From Phycisphaerae bacterium (GTDB lineage Bacteria; Planctomycetota; Phycisphaerae; UBA1845): a stretch of DNA of 64,000 nt. The notes under the pieces were generated by a model that searched no databases, was not told the origin of the DNA, and was given only the letters and a program-made list of their open reading frames with translations. Below are positions 1 through 10,488 of this stretch, in pieces (the stretch's first letter is position 1; every line of letters starts with the position of its first letter). A program made the position numbers and the translations under genes. The stretch spans positions 288,001 to 352,000 of the forward strand of contig CAXXGO010000006.1 of assembly GCA_963666835.2 (NCBI GenBank), written 5' to 3'.

Positions 1-2421
1 GGTGTTGTACACGATCTCGGTATCGGTCGGGTTCACTTCAAGCGGATACGCCGGATCATCGGCGTCGATCGCGCCTTGGTTAGTCAGAGCCATGTAATTG
101 TCGCCCACGCGTCGCGAACCGCGAATCGTGTGGGCGGCGCCGTTGGTCAGGCGGTCGGTCGGCGTGAGTCCGCGCATGTAGTTGGGTCCCTGCGGACGGA
201 GAATGACCTCACCAATGCCCCCAAGCGTAACATCTCCGTTGATCTGGAAGTACGTACCGAAATGGGGGCTGGCAAGCTCGATTGTGCCGTTGTTGGCAAC
301 CACGCCCATCCCCGGTCCGCTGTCGATCCGCAACGCAGCCCCTCCGTTTACGCCGATCTGCACCTTGTCGCCCGGGTCGACGGTGAGGTTGTCGATTGCG
401 GCCGTTAAGCCGTTTTCCAACACGACGGTAACGTCGCCCACGTTGCCGCTGTCGATAAACACGCTGTAATGTTGCTTCGAAGTGTTATTGGGCCAACTCA
501 GGGTGGTCCAATTGAGGCTTTCATTCCAGGGCGATCCGGACGCTCCGGTCCAGATGGCGCCGTGCTGCTCAACACCCATAGGCGCGAAGATGCCGAACTC
601 GACGATACCGGACGCGGCCACGCGATTGATATCCGGGTCGGCACCGCTGCCGACGACTTCCCACCACTCGGTGCCGTCCCAACGCCACATGCGCAGGCTG
701 GACTCGTTGAACTCGCCGGGGTCCGAGTCTTCGTAGTTAACCCAGAGCTGGAGTTCGGCGGGGGCCGCGATCTCCACGACCTCGACGTAACGCCCCATAC
801 TGACCTGATCCGCCCGCGGCGGTGGGGCGGTGGCCACCTCTCGAATGCCGACGCCGCCTTCATAGAGGAAAGACACCGACGTGGCGTAGCTGGCCAACTG
901 AAGTCTGCTGACGGCGTTTTCCGTGCCGGATTCTCCGAGGAACGCATACGTGTTACCGCTCGAAGCAACGTCGCTGATCGAGCAGTGCTCGACGCCGTCG
1001 GTGATGTGAATCCCGGCGACGTCGGCCCCCGTTGCCCCGAAGATACCAAAGCCGATTATGGCCACGTAGTCCGCGGTGACGTCAAACGCGTGATCGTCCG
1101 GATCCGCCGCCCGGACAATCGTGTCGCGCGGCGCGCCGTAGGCCTGCAGCACCAGTTGCTTGGTGACATCGATGTTCTCTTCATACTCACCGGGGCCGAT
1201 CTGGATCAACTGCCCGTCGAGCGTATCGTCGTCGTCGATGGCCTCCTGAATCGTGTAGAACCACTCATCGGTGGCGACGTTGTGTACGGCGGGTGGGGCG
1301 AGGACGTCGTAATGGTCTGCGGATTCGATCAGCGGGTACAGGTCCTGCTGTGAGCTGCCGAGCGTGTAGACATCGTGAGGATCCTCGCCGACCCCGTCGC
1401 CGTCATCGTCTGCGCCCGCGTAGTCGCCCCAGTGGTTGCCCAGCCGGCCGGTGAAGCGGCCCGTATCGTATTCGTACGTCAGGTCTTCCAGGCTATACCA
1501 GGTGCTGGAGGCGAAGTCACTGGTCGTGGCGTTGGCAAACGTGTTCCCCGTGAAGTTGTTGAGGTAGACGACGTTGTCATCTGCCGAGTAGTTCATGTTG
1601 ATACCGGTGTGGTTGCCGGTACAAGTGTTGTGAGTAATGGTATTGAAGTCCGATTTGTTGAAATAGAGGCCGTCGTACGCGCAGTTCGTTACGGCATTGC
1701 CGCTTACGATGTTGTGGTGACTGTCGTCAGTGAGGTGAATACCGCCGCGTTCGCTTGCGGTGATCGTGTTATTGATGATCTCGTTATAGTCGCTGTGCAC
1801 GATCAGCGAGATACCGGCCTGGGCGATGTCATGGATGTTGTTGCCCGACACGATGTTGTAGGTGTTCGTGTTGGCCAGGATGATGGCCGGCCCCGTGCAG
1901 CCGGAGATTTCGTTGCCGGAGATCACGTTTTCCGTGGAAAGGTTTGCCCGGACGCCGCGATAGTCGCCGATGAAGTCATTGCCAAGAACATGGCATTGCG
2001 TGGCGTCGACGAGAAGGACCCCATCGCCCATAGGATCAGTGGCGCCGGTGATGGTGAACCCGGATAGGGTGATCTCGCAAGCGCTGAGCAAGAACACGCT
2101 CAGGTTCGGGTCCGCCCCTTCTACGGTCGTTGTATCAGGGCCGTTTTCAGATTCAATGCTCAGTCCGTCACGAAGGTGGAGCCCGCTGCTCGATTCTCCG
2201 ACCACCTCGTAGTTGTCCACGACGACGTTCTCCACGTACGTGCCGTCACGAACGATGATAAGATCGTACGCCTCGGCATCGTCCACGGCGCCCTGGATTG
2301 TCGTGTAGGTTTCGCCCGAGCCGACATACAAGGTCGCCCCACCGGCGACGGCGGTGTGAAAGGCAAACATCATCGCCAAGCCCGCGACGATCAGGCAGGT
2401 GGACTTCGATCTGACGAACAT
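1..2421 (-). CDS. Large secreted parallel beta-helix (NosD/CASH-like) repeat protein; 3' end runs off the window
   Basis: Missing from the ORF track because it is open at the edge. Manual translation from ATG 2421 (GAGGAG SD upstream) gives a signal peptide, then YTTIQGAVDDA..IIVRDGTYVENV, many N-x-I-x-x-N repeats, GNHWGDYAGADDDGDGVGE and a second TIQEAID..GEYEENIDV module. No stop before position 1. Confidence 0.85.
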   Translation of the reverse strand, partial: MFVRSKSTCLIVAGLAMMFAFHTAVAGGATLYVGSGETYTTIQGAVDDAEAYDLIIVRDGTYVENVVVDNYEVVGESSSGLHLRDGLSIESENGPDTTTVEGADPNLSVFLLSACEITLSGFTITGATDPMGDGVLLVDATQCHVLGNDFIGDYRGVRANLSTENVISGNEISGCTGPAIILANTNTYNIVSGNNIHDIAQAGISLIVHSDYNEIINNTITASERGGIHLTDDSHHNIVSGNAVTNCAYDGLYFNKSDFNTITHNTCTGNHTGINMNYSADDNVVYLNNFTGNTFANATTSDFASSTWYSLEDLTYEYDTGRFTGRLGNHWGDYAGADDDGDGVGEDPHDVYTLGSSQQDLYPLIESADHYDVLAPPAVHNVATDEWFYTIQEAIDDDDTLDGQLIQIGPGEYEENIDVTKQLVLQAYGAPRDTIVRAADPDDHAFDVTADYVAIIGFGIFGATGADVAGIHITDGVEHCSISDVASSGNTYAFLGESGTENAVSRLQLASYATSVSFLYEGGVGIREVATAPPPRADQVSMGRYVEVVEIAAPAELQLWVNYEDSDPGEFNESSLRMWRWDGTEWWEVVGSGADPDINRVAASGIVEFGIFAPMGVEQHGAIWTGASGSPWNESLNWTTLSWPNNTSKQHYSVFIDSGNVGDVTVVLENGLTAAIDNLTVDPGDKVQIGVNGGAALRIDSGPGMGVVANNGTIELASPHFGTYFQINGDVTLGGIGEVILRPQGPNYMRGLTPTDRLTNGAAHTIRGSRRVGDNYMALTNQGAIDADDPAYPLEVNPTDTEIVYNT

Positions 2422-2754
2422 CTTCTTCGCTCCTCGTTACGCTCGTTGAACTCGTGGCGGTAAATACCGGTCCCGGGAATGTCCGAAGTCAAAGAGCCCC
2501 CCTCCGGGACGAGTACCGGTCAGACCCCGACCGCCGGCAAGTCGCCCATCGACCTTGCCATTAACCCAAGCGCGAATCGGCGTTGGGCGCTACGCAAGCG
2601 CGCCGAGCTTGTACCGACACATGCTAAGGGCCCACGCTGGGAGGGATTCGTCGTCCTATAATGCAAGCGGTATCATCCGGGGAAGAGAAGTGATGGAAGG
2701 GATGATTGAATCCGAGGTGCGTCGCTGATTTCGGGTCGTTGACTCGTGGTTCGT

Positions 2755-3912
2755 TCAGACTCCAACCGGCGTCGAGACTCGCTCCTCAATCTTGTGAGCT
2801 ATCTCCGTCAGGGCGATTGCGGGGGTACTGCCGGGTTGCGACAGCACGATCGGGACACCGGACGCATACGCTTCGTTGCAGGCGTCCTCGGCGGGCGGGA
2901 AGAAACCGATAACATTCACGCCCAATTCCAAACTGATGTCACCGGCGCGGGGTGGACGGGAGGATGCTGCGCGGCTCACCATCACGATACCTCGCCGGGT
3001 CTTGCCGACGCCCCAGGAGTCGATTCGTTCCAAGACCGCCTTGGCGGTATCCCAGCAGCATTCGCGATGCTCGGCCACGACCACTACGTAATCGCACCGC
3101 TCGATCGCTGCTCTTGTTCCGGGAGACATATCGCCGGGTAGATCGAGCAGCGTGTACTCCGACATATCGGCCAGCCCGGAGACTACGGCCAGGGCGTGGT
3201 CCGGTGTAACTTCCGTATACCCTTCGTCGGGGCGGGGGCCGAACAGTACTCGAAGACCGGGTCGGTACTTGACCAAGCGCCGGCGCAACTCGCGGGTGGT
3301 GATGTTCCTGCTTTCGAGTTCGAGCAGACTCGCGAGCCCGTCCGTCGGCGCCTCCCCCAGCTCCAAAGAGCAAGTTCCGAAGGAAGGCCGTAGCTCCGCG
3401 ACGATTGTGGATCGTCGTTCGGCACAGAGTGCCGCAGCCACGTTCAACGCCACGGTAGTGGCACCCACACCGCCTTTTGCGCCAACGAAGCCGAGAGTCT
3501 GACCCAATCCTCCGGTTTGGCCATACTGGAGTTTCTGAGTTCGTTCCAGCAGCGCCGCAACGCGCGTTACCATCTCGTCGATGTCAAACGGTTTGGTAAC
3601 GTACTCGTCCGTCGCGGTCTGCCAATCCTTGATCTTGTCCGCGGTCTCCGTTCGGCCGCTGAGGAGGATGACGGGAAGCTCGGCGGTATCCGGGCGGGCG
3701 CGCAACTGTCTGCAAAAGGAAATCCCGCTCATGTCGGGTAGCTTGACGTCCAGGATCAGCAGATCGAAAGGCTCAGAGGTGATCTTCCGCAAAGCGGCCT
3801 CTCCCGTTTCGGCCGAGATGATTCGATGGCCCTCCGCCTCAAGAGCGCGGCCGAGTATCCGCAATACGTTCGCCTCGTCGTTTACGATCAGGATCTTGGC
3901 GCTCATCAGCAT
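2755..3912 (-). CDS. Response regulator receiver fused to CpaE/TadZ-like (MinD/ParA-type) ATPase domain
   Basis: N-terminal REC (LLILDVKLP, KPFD) followed by deviant Walker A GAKGGVGATT. Confidence 0.85.
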   Translation of the reverse strand: MLMSAKILIVNDEANVLRILGRALEAEGHRIISAETGEAALRKITSEPFDLLILDVKLPDMSGISFCRQLRARPDTAELPVILLSGRTETADKIKDWQTATDEYVTKPFDIDEMVTRVAALLERTQKLQYGQTGGLGQTLGFVGAKGGVGATTVALNVAAALCAERRSTIVAELRPSFGTCSLELGEAPTDGLASLLELESRNITTRELRRRLVKYRPGLRVLFGPRPDEGYTEVTPDHALAVVSGLADMSEYTLLDLPGDMSPGTRAAIERCDYVVVVAEHRECCWDTAKAVLERIDSWGVGKTRRGIVMVSRAASSRPPRAGDISLELGVNVIGFFPPAEDACNEAYASGVPIVLSQPGSTPAIALTEIAHKIEERVSTPVGV

Positions 3913-3921
3913 TTGTCCTTT

Positions 3922-5112
3922 CTATCCTTTGCAGGACACCTCATGCTGGGCGACGCCTTCCGCAGCTTTGTGACCGCTGCCCTCCGCGATCAGCTTCGCG
4001 AGCTTGGTGACTTGCTTGGCCACATCACTGCGGTGGCGGCTGATGATGAACGGCACGCCTTCGTTGATGCTGTGGGACACGAGAGCGGGGTCATTGGGAA
4101 GCGCGGCGGTGATTTTGTAGCCCATTGCCTGCTCGATATCCCCCGAGGGCAATTCGCTTTTGCGTCCATGACAATTCAGTACCGCAATGGGCGTCGCCTC
4201 CGGCTGAAGTGACTGAACGTACTCGATGAACATCTGGGCTCGCCGGACCGAGGTGACCTCCGGCGTCGTCAGCAGCACGATCCGATCGGCGACGGACAAG
4301 CCGGCCTGGCAGCATTTTCCGGGGAACGGGGCGGAATCCACGACTACAAAATCGAAGATGTTGCGTAACTCGGTGAGCATTTTCATCAGCGGCGGGGCTT
4401 CGGTGCTGTCATTGGCAATGCGGTGCTCGGGGGCGGCAAGGACCTCAATACCGGACGAGTGGGAAACGGCCACCGTGTCGATGAGTTCCGAATCGAGATC
4501 ATCGGCCCGGGCCAGAAGATCGAGAACCGTGTATTTAGGGTACAGCTCCAGCATGGCGCTGACGTCCCCGGCCTGGATGTTCGCATCCACCAAAGCCACG
4601 CGGGCTTTGGTTTCCCGACCGAGGGCAACGGCGAGGTTAGTGGCCATAACCGTCTGCCCCACCCCGCCCTTCGCTCCGCACACGGCCACCATAGTCCCCC
4701 GCGACGGCTTCTCGGACGCGGTTCGCCGATAGAGTAGCTCGGCTTGTCGGTCCAACATGCCGGCCACGCGAGCCACGACCTCGTCACAATCAAAAGGCTT
4801 GGTGATATACTCGTCGGCTCCCGCCCGGATTCCGCTGATTCGGTCGGATACCTGAGCTCGGGCACTGAGGATCATCACCGGCAGGTCAATCGTCTCCGGA
4901 TCGGCGCGCAGTTCTTTGCACACCTCGGTTCCGCTGATCCCCGGCAGCATGTTGTCCAGGATCACGAGATCCGGCCGGTCGTCGCGGATCTTGGCCAGAG
5001 CTTCCTCGCCGGTTTCGGCGGTAATGACGCCGAAGCCCTCGGCGTCGAGTACGAAACTGAGCATCCGCAGGACGTTGGCCTCGTCATCTACGATCATTAT
5101 TCTTCGGTTCAT
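3922..5112 (-). CDS. Response regulator receiver fused to CpaE/TadZ-like ATPase domain
   Basis: REC (IVDDE, LDNMLP, KPFD) plus GAKGGVGQT, VALVDAN, FDFVVVD. Confidence 0.88.
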   Translation of the reverse strand: MNRRIMIVDDEANVLRMLSFVLDAEGFGVITAETGEEALAKIRDDRPDLVILDNMLPGISGTEVCKELRADPETIDLPVMILSARAQVSDRISGIRAGADEYITKPFDCDEVVARVAGMLDRQAELLYRRTASEKPSRGTMVAVCGAKGGVGQTVMATNLAVALGRETKARVALVDANIQAGDVSAMLELYPKYTVLDLLARADDLDSELIDTVAVSHSSGIEVLAAPEHRIANDSTEAPPLMKMLTELRNIFDFVVVDSAPFPGKCCQAGLSVADRIVLLTTPEVTSVRRAQMFIEYVQSLQPEATPIAVLNCHGRKSELPSGDIEQAMGYKITAALPNDPALVSHSINEGVPFIISRHRSDVAKQVTKLAKLIAEGSGHKAAEGVAQHEVSCKG

Positions 5113-5199
5113 TACCCATCAATCCACTTGTGTTTGCTGGATCCTGCTGTTCCAGTCGCCGCCCCACCCCGTCCACTCGGACCACCTGCGTTACTGCCG

Positions 5200-6843
5200 T
5201 CAACTCGGCACGCCGCTGGGGCCACCCACCGGCAGAACGAAGTGGAACGCGCTTCCCTTACCCGATTCACTCTCAACTCCGATTTCCCCCCCGTGGGCTT
5301 CGACGATTTGTTTCGAGATGAAGAGCCCGAGCCCCGTTCCCTTCCCCCGGCGTTTCTCTTGTGTCTCTGAACGATAGAACCTATCGAAGAGCTTCGGCAT
5401 CTCGTCGGGCGCGATTCCCGGACCGGTATCGACCACCCGGATTCTGACGGTGTGGTCGTCGGCCGTGGCGGTTACCCGGATCGCCTGCCGCGGCTTTGAG
5501 AACTTGATTGCGTTTCCGATCAGATTGACCAGAACTTGCTGTAATCGGTGCCGATCGGCGCGCGTCGGTGGGCACTCTCCCGACACCTCTTTAATGAGCG
5601 TGATTTGCTTTTCCCCGGCGAGACTCTCGAGCGAATTAATCGTGTCGGTCAGCAGGCCTGCAACGTCAACTTCCTCAAGGTCGAGTTCCAACCGACCGGC
5701 CTCCATCCGCGAGAGATCCAGCAGATCATCGACCAGAATCGCCAGACGGTCCGCGTCGGCGCACGCCCGAGTGAGGAACTCCTGCTGAACCTGCGGGTCT
5801 TTGGCTCTACCTTTTACCAACAGTTGGAGCATTCCCTTCAAAGAGCAGATCGGAGTGCGCAGCTCATGAGAGACGTTGGCCACGAGATCGCTCTTCATCT
5901 GAATGAGCTCTTGGGTAGCCGCCTCCGCTCGCCTTCGTTCGGTGATATCACGGGAGAATACAGCACAAACGCTTACGTTGTCTTCGTTGTCGCGAACCGG
6001 ATAGACGTTGTTATCGAGGATTCTCTCTCCGTCGCGATCCTCGTAACTCAATGACTCTCCCAGCCTGAACGCGGCGGTCACGTTCTCGCGGCAGACCTGA
6101 GCGGTCTCGGGCGGCAGGTAGCCGTACATGCACTCCCCATACAGTTCGTCACTGCTCTTGTGAAAGCGCCGGCCCGCCGCCACGTTGCAGGCCAGTACCA
6201 CCCCGTCTCGGTTGACCAGGACGGCACTGTCGGAAGGCGCGTTGAGCAGTGTCCGATTCATGGCTTCGCTGTCGCGTAACCGCTGATAGGTCGTTTCGAG
6301 CTCCGCCAGCAGATGCCGGTTTTTGCTCACGACGTCCTCCAAGACCGCCCTGGCGTCCTCCAGGTGGCTGACGTCCAACTCGAGAGTCGACGCGTATTCC
6401 TTGAGCCTGATCTCCGTGCTCTGGTGTTCGCGTCTTGTCCGAAGCACCGCCCGTACTCGGGCTCGAAGTTCGTCCGCCTCGAAGGGTTTGGGGATGTAGT
6501 CATCGGCTCCGAGGTTGAGCCCGTGGGCCACATCCGCGCTGGTCGTGAACTTCGCAGTCAGGAAGATCACCGGAACCTGCTCGGTCTTCGGCGACTTGCG
6601 TAACCGGCGGCACAGCTCGTAACCGTCAACATCCGGCATGTGCACATCCAGGATGGCCATGTCCGGGCATTGCTCCTCAGCCAGCGTTATTGCAGTCTCG
6701 GCGTTGAGGGCCGTCACCACGGTGTAGGGTTCGTCCTCCAGGACATCGCAGATGAGATCGAGGTTGTCCTGGCAGTCGTCGACCGCCAGGATCCTGGCTT
6801 GTTCGGCGGCGGTCGTATCGAGATGACAATCCTTCGCTGGCAT
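5200..6843 (-). CDS. Hybrid sensor histidine kinase (REC-PAS-HisKA-HATPase)
   Basis: AVDD..LDVHMP receiver, PAS-like segment, SHELRTP H-box, [21 protein letters not shown]. Start placed at ATG 6843 rather than 7053. Confidence 0.9.
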   Translation of the reverse strand: MPAKDCHLDTTAAEQARILAVDDCQDNLDLICDVLEDEPYTVVTALNAETAITLAEEQCPDMAILDVHMPDVDGYELCRRLRKSPKTEQVPVIFLTAKFTTSADVAHGLNLGADDYIPKPFEADELRARVRAVLRTRREHQSTEIRLKEYASTLELDVSHLEDARAVLEDVVSKNRHLLAELETTYQRLRDSEAMNRTLLNAPSDSAVLVNRDGVVLACNVAAGRRFHKSSDELYGECMYGYLPPETAQVCRENVTAAFRLGESLSYEDRDGERILDNNVYPVRDNEDNVSVCAVFSRDITERRRAEAATQELIQMKSDLVANVSHELRTPICSLKGMLQLLVKGRAKDPQVQQEFLTRACADADRLAILVDDLLDLSRMEAGRLELDLEEVDVAGLLTDTINSLESLAGEKQITLIKEVSGECPPTRADRHRLQQVLVNLIGNAIKFSKPRQAIRVTATADDHTVRIRVVDTGPGIAPDEMPKLFDRFYRSETQEKRRGKGTGLGLFISKQIVEAHGGEIGVESESGKGSAFHFVLPVGGPSGVPS

Positions 6844-7689
6844 AACTCTGTCGTTGGTATACCGCGGGTCCACCGGCCGGGTTTGCCCCCGTCGAACTCG
6901 CGGTTTGCGCAGCGCGCAGAACCCGCAAGATCGTTGAGTAATCCTCGCTCCGAGGTGCCACCCGGATGAGCGAGGTGTTCGACGTCCCCCAAAATGACGC
7001 CACCCTCCGCAACTGCGTGCCACGGCGGCGACCTGAACTAAAGAACCGATCATCCTTCGATCTGTCCATCGACTCGGGTAACCCGAGCCATGAGCCCGAC
7101 GACGCCAGGCCTGTGCGTATTCGGGTAAACGTGGGCTCGGGTTGTCCCCGCCGGATCACCGAAAGAAGAGGCTGGCCCGGCCGATCGCCGGCCGCCGTAT
7201 CGCCGGACAACTTCGGCGAGACGTCCGGTTCCCCCTAAGTGGCAAGCCGTCGATTCCATCCATTCGGACGTAGGGCGTATTGCGTCTTCACCGACAGCCC
7301 GCAGACGTGCCCCTCCAGCGGTGTACGACCACCCAAGATGAAACTTTTCCGTCCTAATTCATCAAATCGGTGGATGTCCCTTGGAAGCCGGAGGGCTCTC
7401 GCAGGGAGAAACTGGGATACATGGATTGACAGGGCCGGGGGCATCTCGGTAATATAGGGCACGATGTCCTGATCGTCCGTCTCGATCTGGTAGCGGACAC
7501 AGACACAGATTAACACTCCGTTTCCTGGGTTGGGTCGTTGTAGGAAATGCGACGATGACCTCGGCGTTTACGGTCAGCGGGTCGCCGGCCGCGACGTCGT
7601 CGACAGGCGCAGCTCTTGGAGAAGCTGCTCGCGGGGGAATACGGTCCACCCTGCAAGGGGAAGATAGACAACCTTTCAGGAGGGGAAGA

Positions 7690-7742
7690 AAGCAACCGGT
7701 GACCTGCCTCTTAGCGGAGGCAGTGGCGCCGGTTGTCTTTTT
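7690..7742. terminator. Long hairpin, likely intrinsic (possibly bidirectional) terminator
   Basis: CAACCGGTGACCTGCCTC..GAGGCAGTGGCGCCGGTTG with T-rich tails on both strands, just downstream of the 7814 gene. Confidence 0.55.
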
Positions 7743-7813
7743 AGGGCGACGCCCCAGATTCTCACGACCTCGATACCAAGGTTCATGCAGCTTCCCATCT
7801 TGATGATTGCCGG

Positions 7814-8698
7814 TTAAGCAATCCCGGACAAGCGCTCCAACGTGTTGACCAAGATCTGGGTCCCTTCACGCCCATGACCGGCGGCTTGGCACGCGGTCAG
7901 AAGCTGCGACACCAATGCGGTTCCCGGCAGCGGGGTGTCATTCGCCCCGGCGGTACGCAGGGCGATACGCAGGTCTTTCTGCTGAAGGTCAACCATGAAC
8001 ATCGGGGCAAAGTCCCGGCTGAGCATACGCGGGCCGAGGTTCTCCAAAGCCCAGGACCCGGCCGCCCCTCCGGATACGGCTGAAAGCACGGTCTCCGGAT
8101 CGAGCCCGACCCGTTTGGCAAACACGAGAGCCTCGCTCACCGCGAGCAGGTTCAGACCGCAGAGAATCTGATTGCACAACTTCGTGAGCTGCCCATTACC
8201 GACGGGGCCGCAGTGGACAATCGACTTGCCCAACACGTCGAACACCGCCTGCGCCCGGGCGACGTTGGCGTCGCTGCCGCCGACCATGATCGAAAGCGCG
8301 CCGCTCTCGGCTCCCGTTCTGCCGCCGGATACCGGAGCATCCAGAAACGCCGCTCCACGCTCGGTGACATCCGCGGCGACCTTCCGCGCCGTCTCCGGCG
8401 CCACCGTCGACATGTCGATGCACAAGGCGTTGTGGCGCACCGCTTGGCACACTCCGCCCGGACCGAGGTACACGGCCTCGACATCCGGTGAATCGCTGAC
8501 CACAGAGATTACGATGTCCGCACCCCTGGCGAGTGCCGCCGGGGTGTCTTCCCACACCGCCCCCTTGCGGATCAACGCATCGGCCTTGTTGCGGGTGCGG
8601 TTATGTACGTGCAAAGAAAAACCGGCTTCGAGCAGCCGGCGGCCCATCGGCGCGCCCATTATGCCCGTGCCGATCAACCCGATGTTCCTGTCTTCCAT
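7814..8698 (-). CDS. NAD(P)-dependent beta-hydroxyacid dehydrogenase (3-hydroxyisobutyrate DH / tartronate semialdehyde reductase family)
   Basis: GLIGTGIMG Rossmann motif, FLDAPVSGG, KLCNQ catalytic Lys, KDL. Confidence 0.92.
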   Translation of the reverse strand: MEDRNIGLIGTGIMGAPMGRRLLEAGFSLHVHNRTRNKADALIRKGAVWEDTPAALARGADIVISVVSDSPDVEAVYLGPGGVCQAVRHNALCIDMSTVAPETARKVAADVTERGAAFLDAPVSGGRTGAESGALSIMVGGSDANVARAQAVFDVLGKSIVHCGPVGNGQLTKLCNQILCGLNLLAVSEALVFAKRVGLDPETVLSAVSGGAAGSWALENLGPRMLSRDFAPMFMVDLQQKDLRIALRTAGANDTPLPGTALVSQLLTACQAAGHGREGTQILVNTLERLSGIA

Positions 8699-8861
8699 AG
8701 CAGTACTCCTATCAATACTCCCAGGCCCGTTAACCCTCCGATGGCGAAAAGAACATCCTTCTCCGAAGGCGGCGTGCGATACCGCGCGTGGGAATCGTCG
8801 AAATCGCTACCCTTGTTCAACAGGCCGCCGCGGGCCTTTGAACAGGGCGACGATCGGGTAA

Positions 8862-9215
8862 CTACGGCTCTTGCGGTTCGACCGCGGTCGGCGTTTCGGA
8901 CGGTGGATTATTCTGCCCGATGAGGGTCCACGGTTTGACCGTTAACAGGAAGCCCGCCGTGGCGACCAAGGCGGCCAGTAGCGCCAGCCAGACGCGGTAG
9001 CGCTGCAGAGTCACCTGTCGTTCGGCTGCCGCAGCGGAGCGCTCGGCGGGGGTCGGCCCGGTATCCGTCGGCGGAGGCGGCGCGGCATCGCCGGGCACGG
9101 GCTCTGGGCCGGTCGGAGCCTCCGCGGATAGCTCCGGGGACTTCTTGGCCAGCTTCGCTTGGGCCTTGGCGGCTTTCTTGGCGGCCTTGGCAGCCTTCTT
9201 GGGATCTTCCGTCAT
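8862..9215 (-). CDS. Hypothetical membrane-anchored protein (Lys/Ala-rich N-terminus, Pro-rich linker, one TM helix)
   Basis: MTEDPKKAAKAAKK... and a VWLALLAALVATAGFLL hydrophobic segment; start placed at ATG 9215. Confidence 0.6.
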   Translation of the reverse strand: MTEDPKKAAKAAKKAAKAQAKLAKKSPELSAEAPTGPEPVPGDAAPPPPTDTGPTPAERSAAAAERQVTLQRYRVWLALLAALVATAGFLLTVKPWTLIGQNNPPSETPTAVEPQEP

Positions 9216-9499
9216 AGGTGCGCTCCCATCCGCTTCGGGTTTACCGATCGGGAGGCTAACACCATCCAAAAGCGCTGTCGAGACCGCCACATGTTCAGGC
9301 TGAAAGCCTGCAAGACAACAGCCGGGGGCAAGGCCGCGCAGCGGCCGCCGCCCCCGGCTGGGGGCCCAGCAATCCCAATCGCCCTGAAAGGTCGAAAGAA
9401 ACGGCGGCGATGAACCACGCGTCTGTTTGGGCTGCCCGACCTCTTTGAGCACGCGTCGAAAGAGATAGCGGCATTGCGCGGGAGTGCTCGAGGTACCGA

Positions 9500-10281
9500 A
9501 CTACGCCGAAGGCGTTACGTCCTATAGCCCAGGGTTGCCGCGCAGCGGCTACCCTGGGATCAGGGTCACCTCCAAGATCAACCCCAACGATCCGCCGGTG
9601 TTCAACCACCTTCGGGGTCGGTGTGGAAAGTGGGCTTTGTGACCCAGGGTGGCACTTCGCGGCTACGCCGTCTCGTTTGCCCCGGGCTTTGTTGTGAAAC
9701 GCCGTTGGCGCAAATCGAAAAGACAGACGTCACGCGAAGGCCCCATAGGGCATGGTCGAGGAACGAGACCTCCGCATCAAGGCCGCAATGGGCCGAATCG
9801 CACGAACACGTGCCAACCACGTGGCTCGCGGAACCAGCCCGTCAGGGCGACAGCTCTGCCTAGCCCGCGGCGCAAGCCGCGGGATCGCGTCGTCATGTTG
9901 GCCCTAGCCCCGGCAGGGGGGGCACTTCGATACTCCAACAGGTTCCGGTGGTCGCCAACGTGCTTTCCGTATGATGTTGAATCACCGGCGTCCGATCGAA
10001 ACCTCGAGGTCCTCTGCCGCCCGCAAGGGGCTTGGCGCGAAGCGGCCGCACGGTTTCCCCAGGATTACGCCGTGGGGCTAGAGGATCTGTCGCCCCAAGG
10101 GGCTGTCCGCCTTCGGCGTGTGTTGGGAAGATGCACCTCGCGCAAGAGCTGCATCCCTGCGCTACGCGGTTACGCCGCTTCGTTTACCCTAGGCTTTGTT
10201 GTGAAACGCCGTTGGCGTAAATTGAAAAGACACACGTCACGCGAAATCCCCGTAGGGCACGGCCGAGGAACGAAATCTGGC
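9500..10281. repeat. Cluster of palindromic REP/MITE-like elements
   Basis: Many hairpins. 9655-9775 is repeated at 10161-10281; 9745-9990 matches 16299-16545; ~9825-10105 matches the reverse complement of ~63655-63935. Confidence 0.85.
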
Positions 10282-10488
10282 GCGATTGTCAACCGCTGAT
10301 CATCGGCTCCCCCACGTCCGGCGGGCGTGTGATTGAACGGCTCGCGAAGGCCCGCAGCGCACGGCAAAGACAAAAGGACGTGGGCCACCCGGCCGCGCAT
10401 CAGAGAGGACTCGGGCATCTCCTTTGTGAAGGTTAGAACCATTGAGTTATGCCCGATGTTCTGCCTGAACAGGCGTACGCCGCGCGGC

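Noticed and set aside
469..2463. Plus-strand ORFs 469..1353, 1375..2067 and 2176..2463
   Set aside because: Antisense shadows of the minus-strand beta-helix gene
7050..7690. Possible c-di-GMP riboswitch or small ORFs upstream of the kinase
   Set aside because: Only a GACGCAA fragment matches, without the paired elements, and the ORFs have no recognisable features
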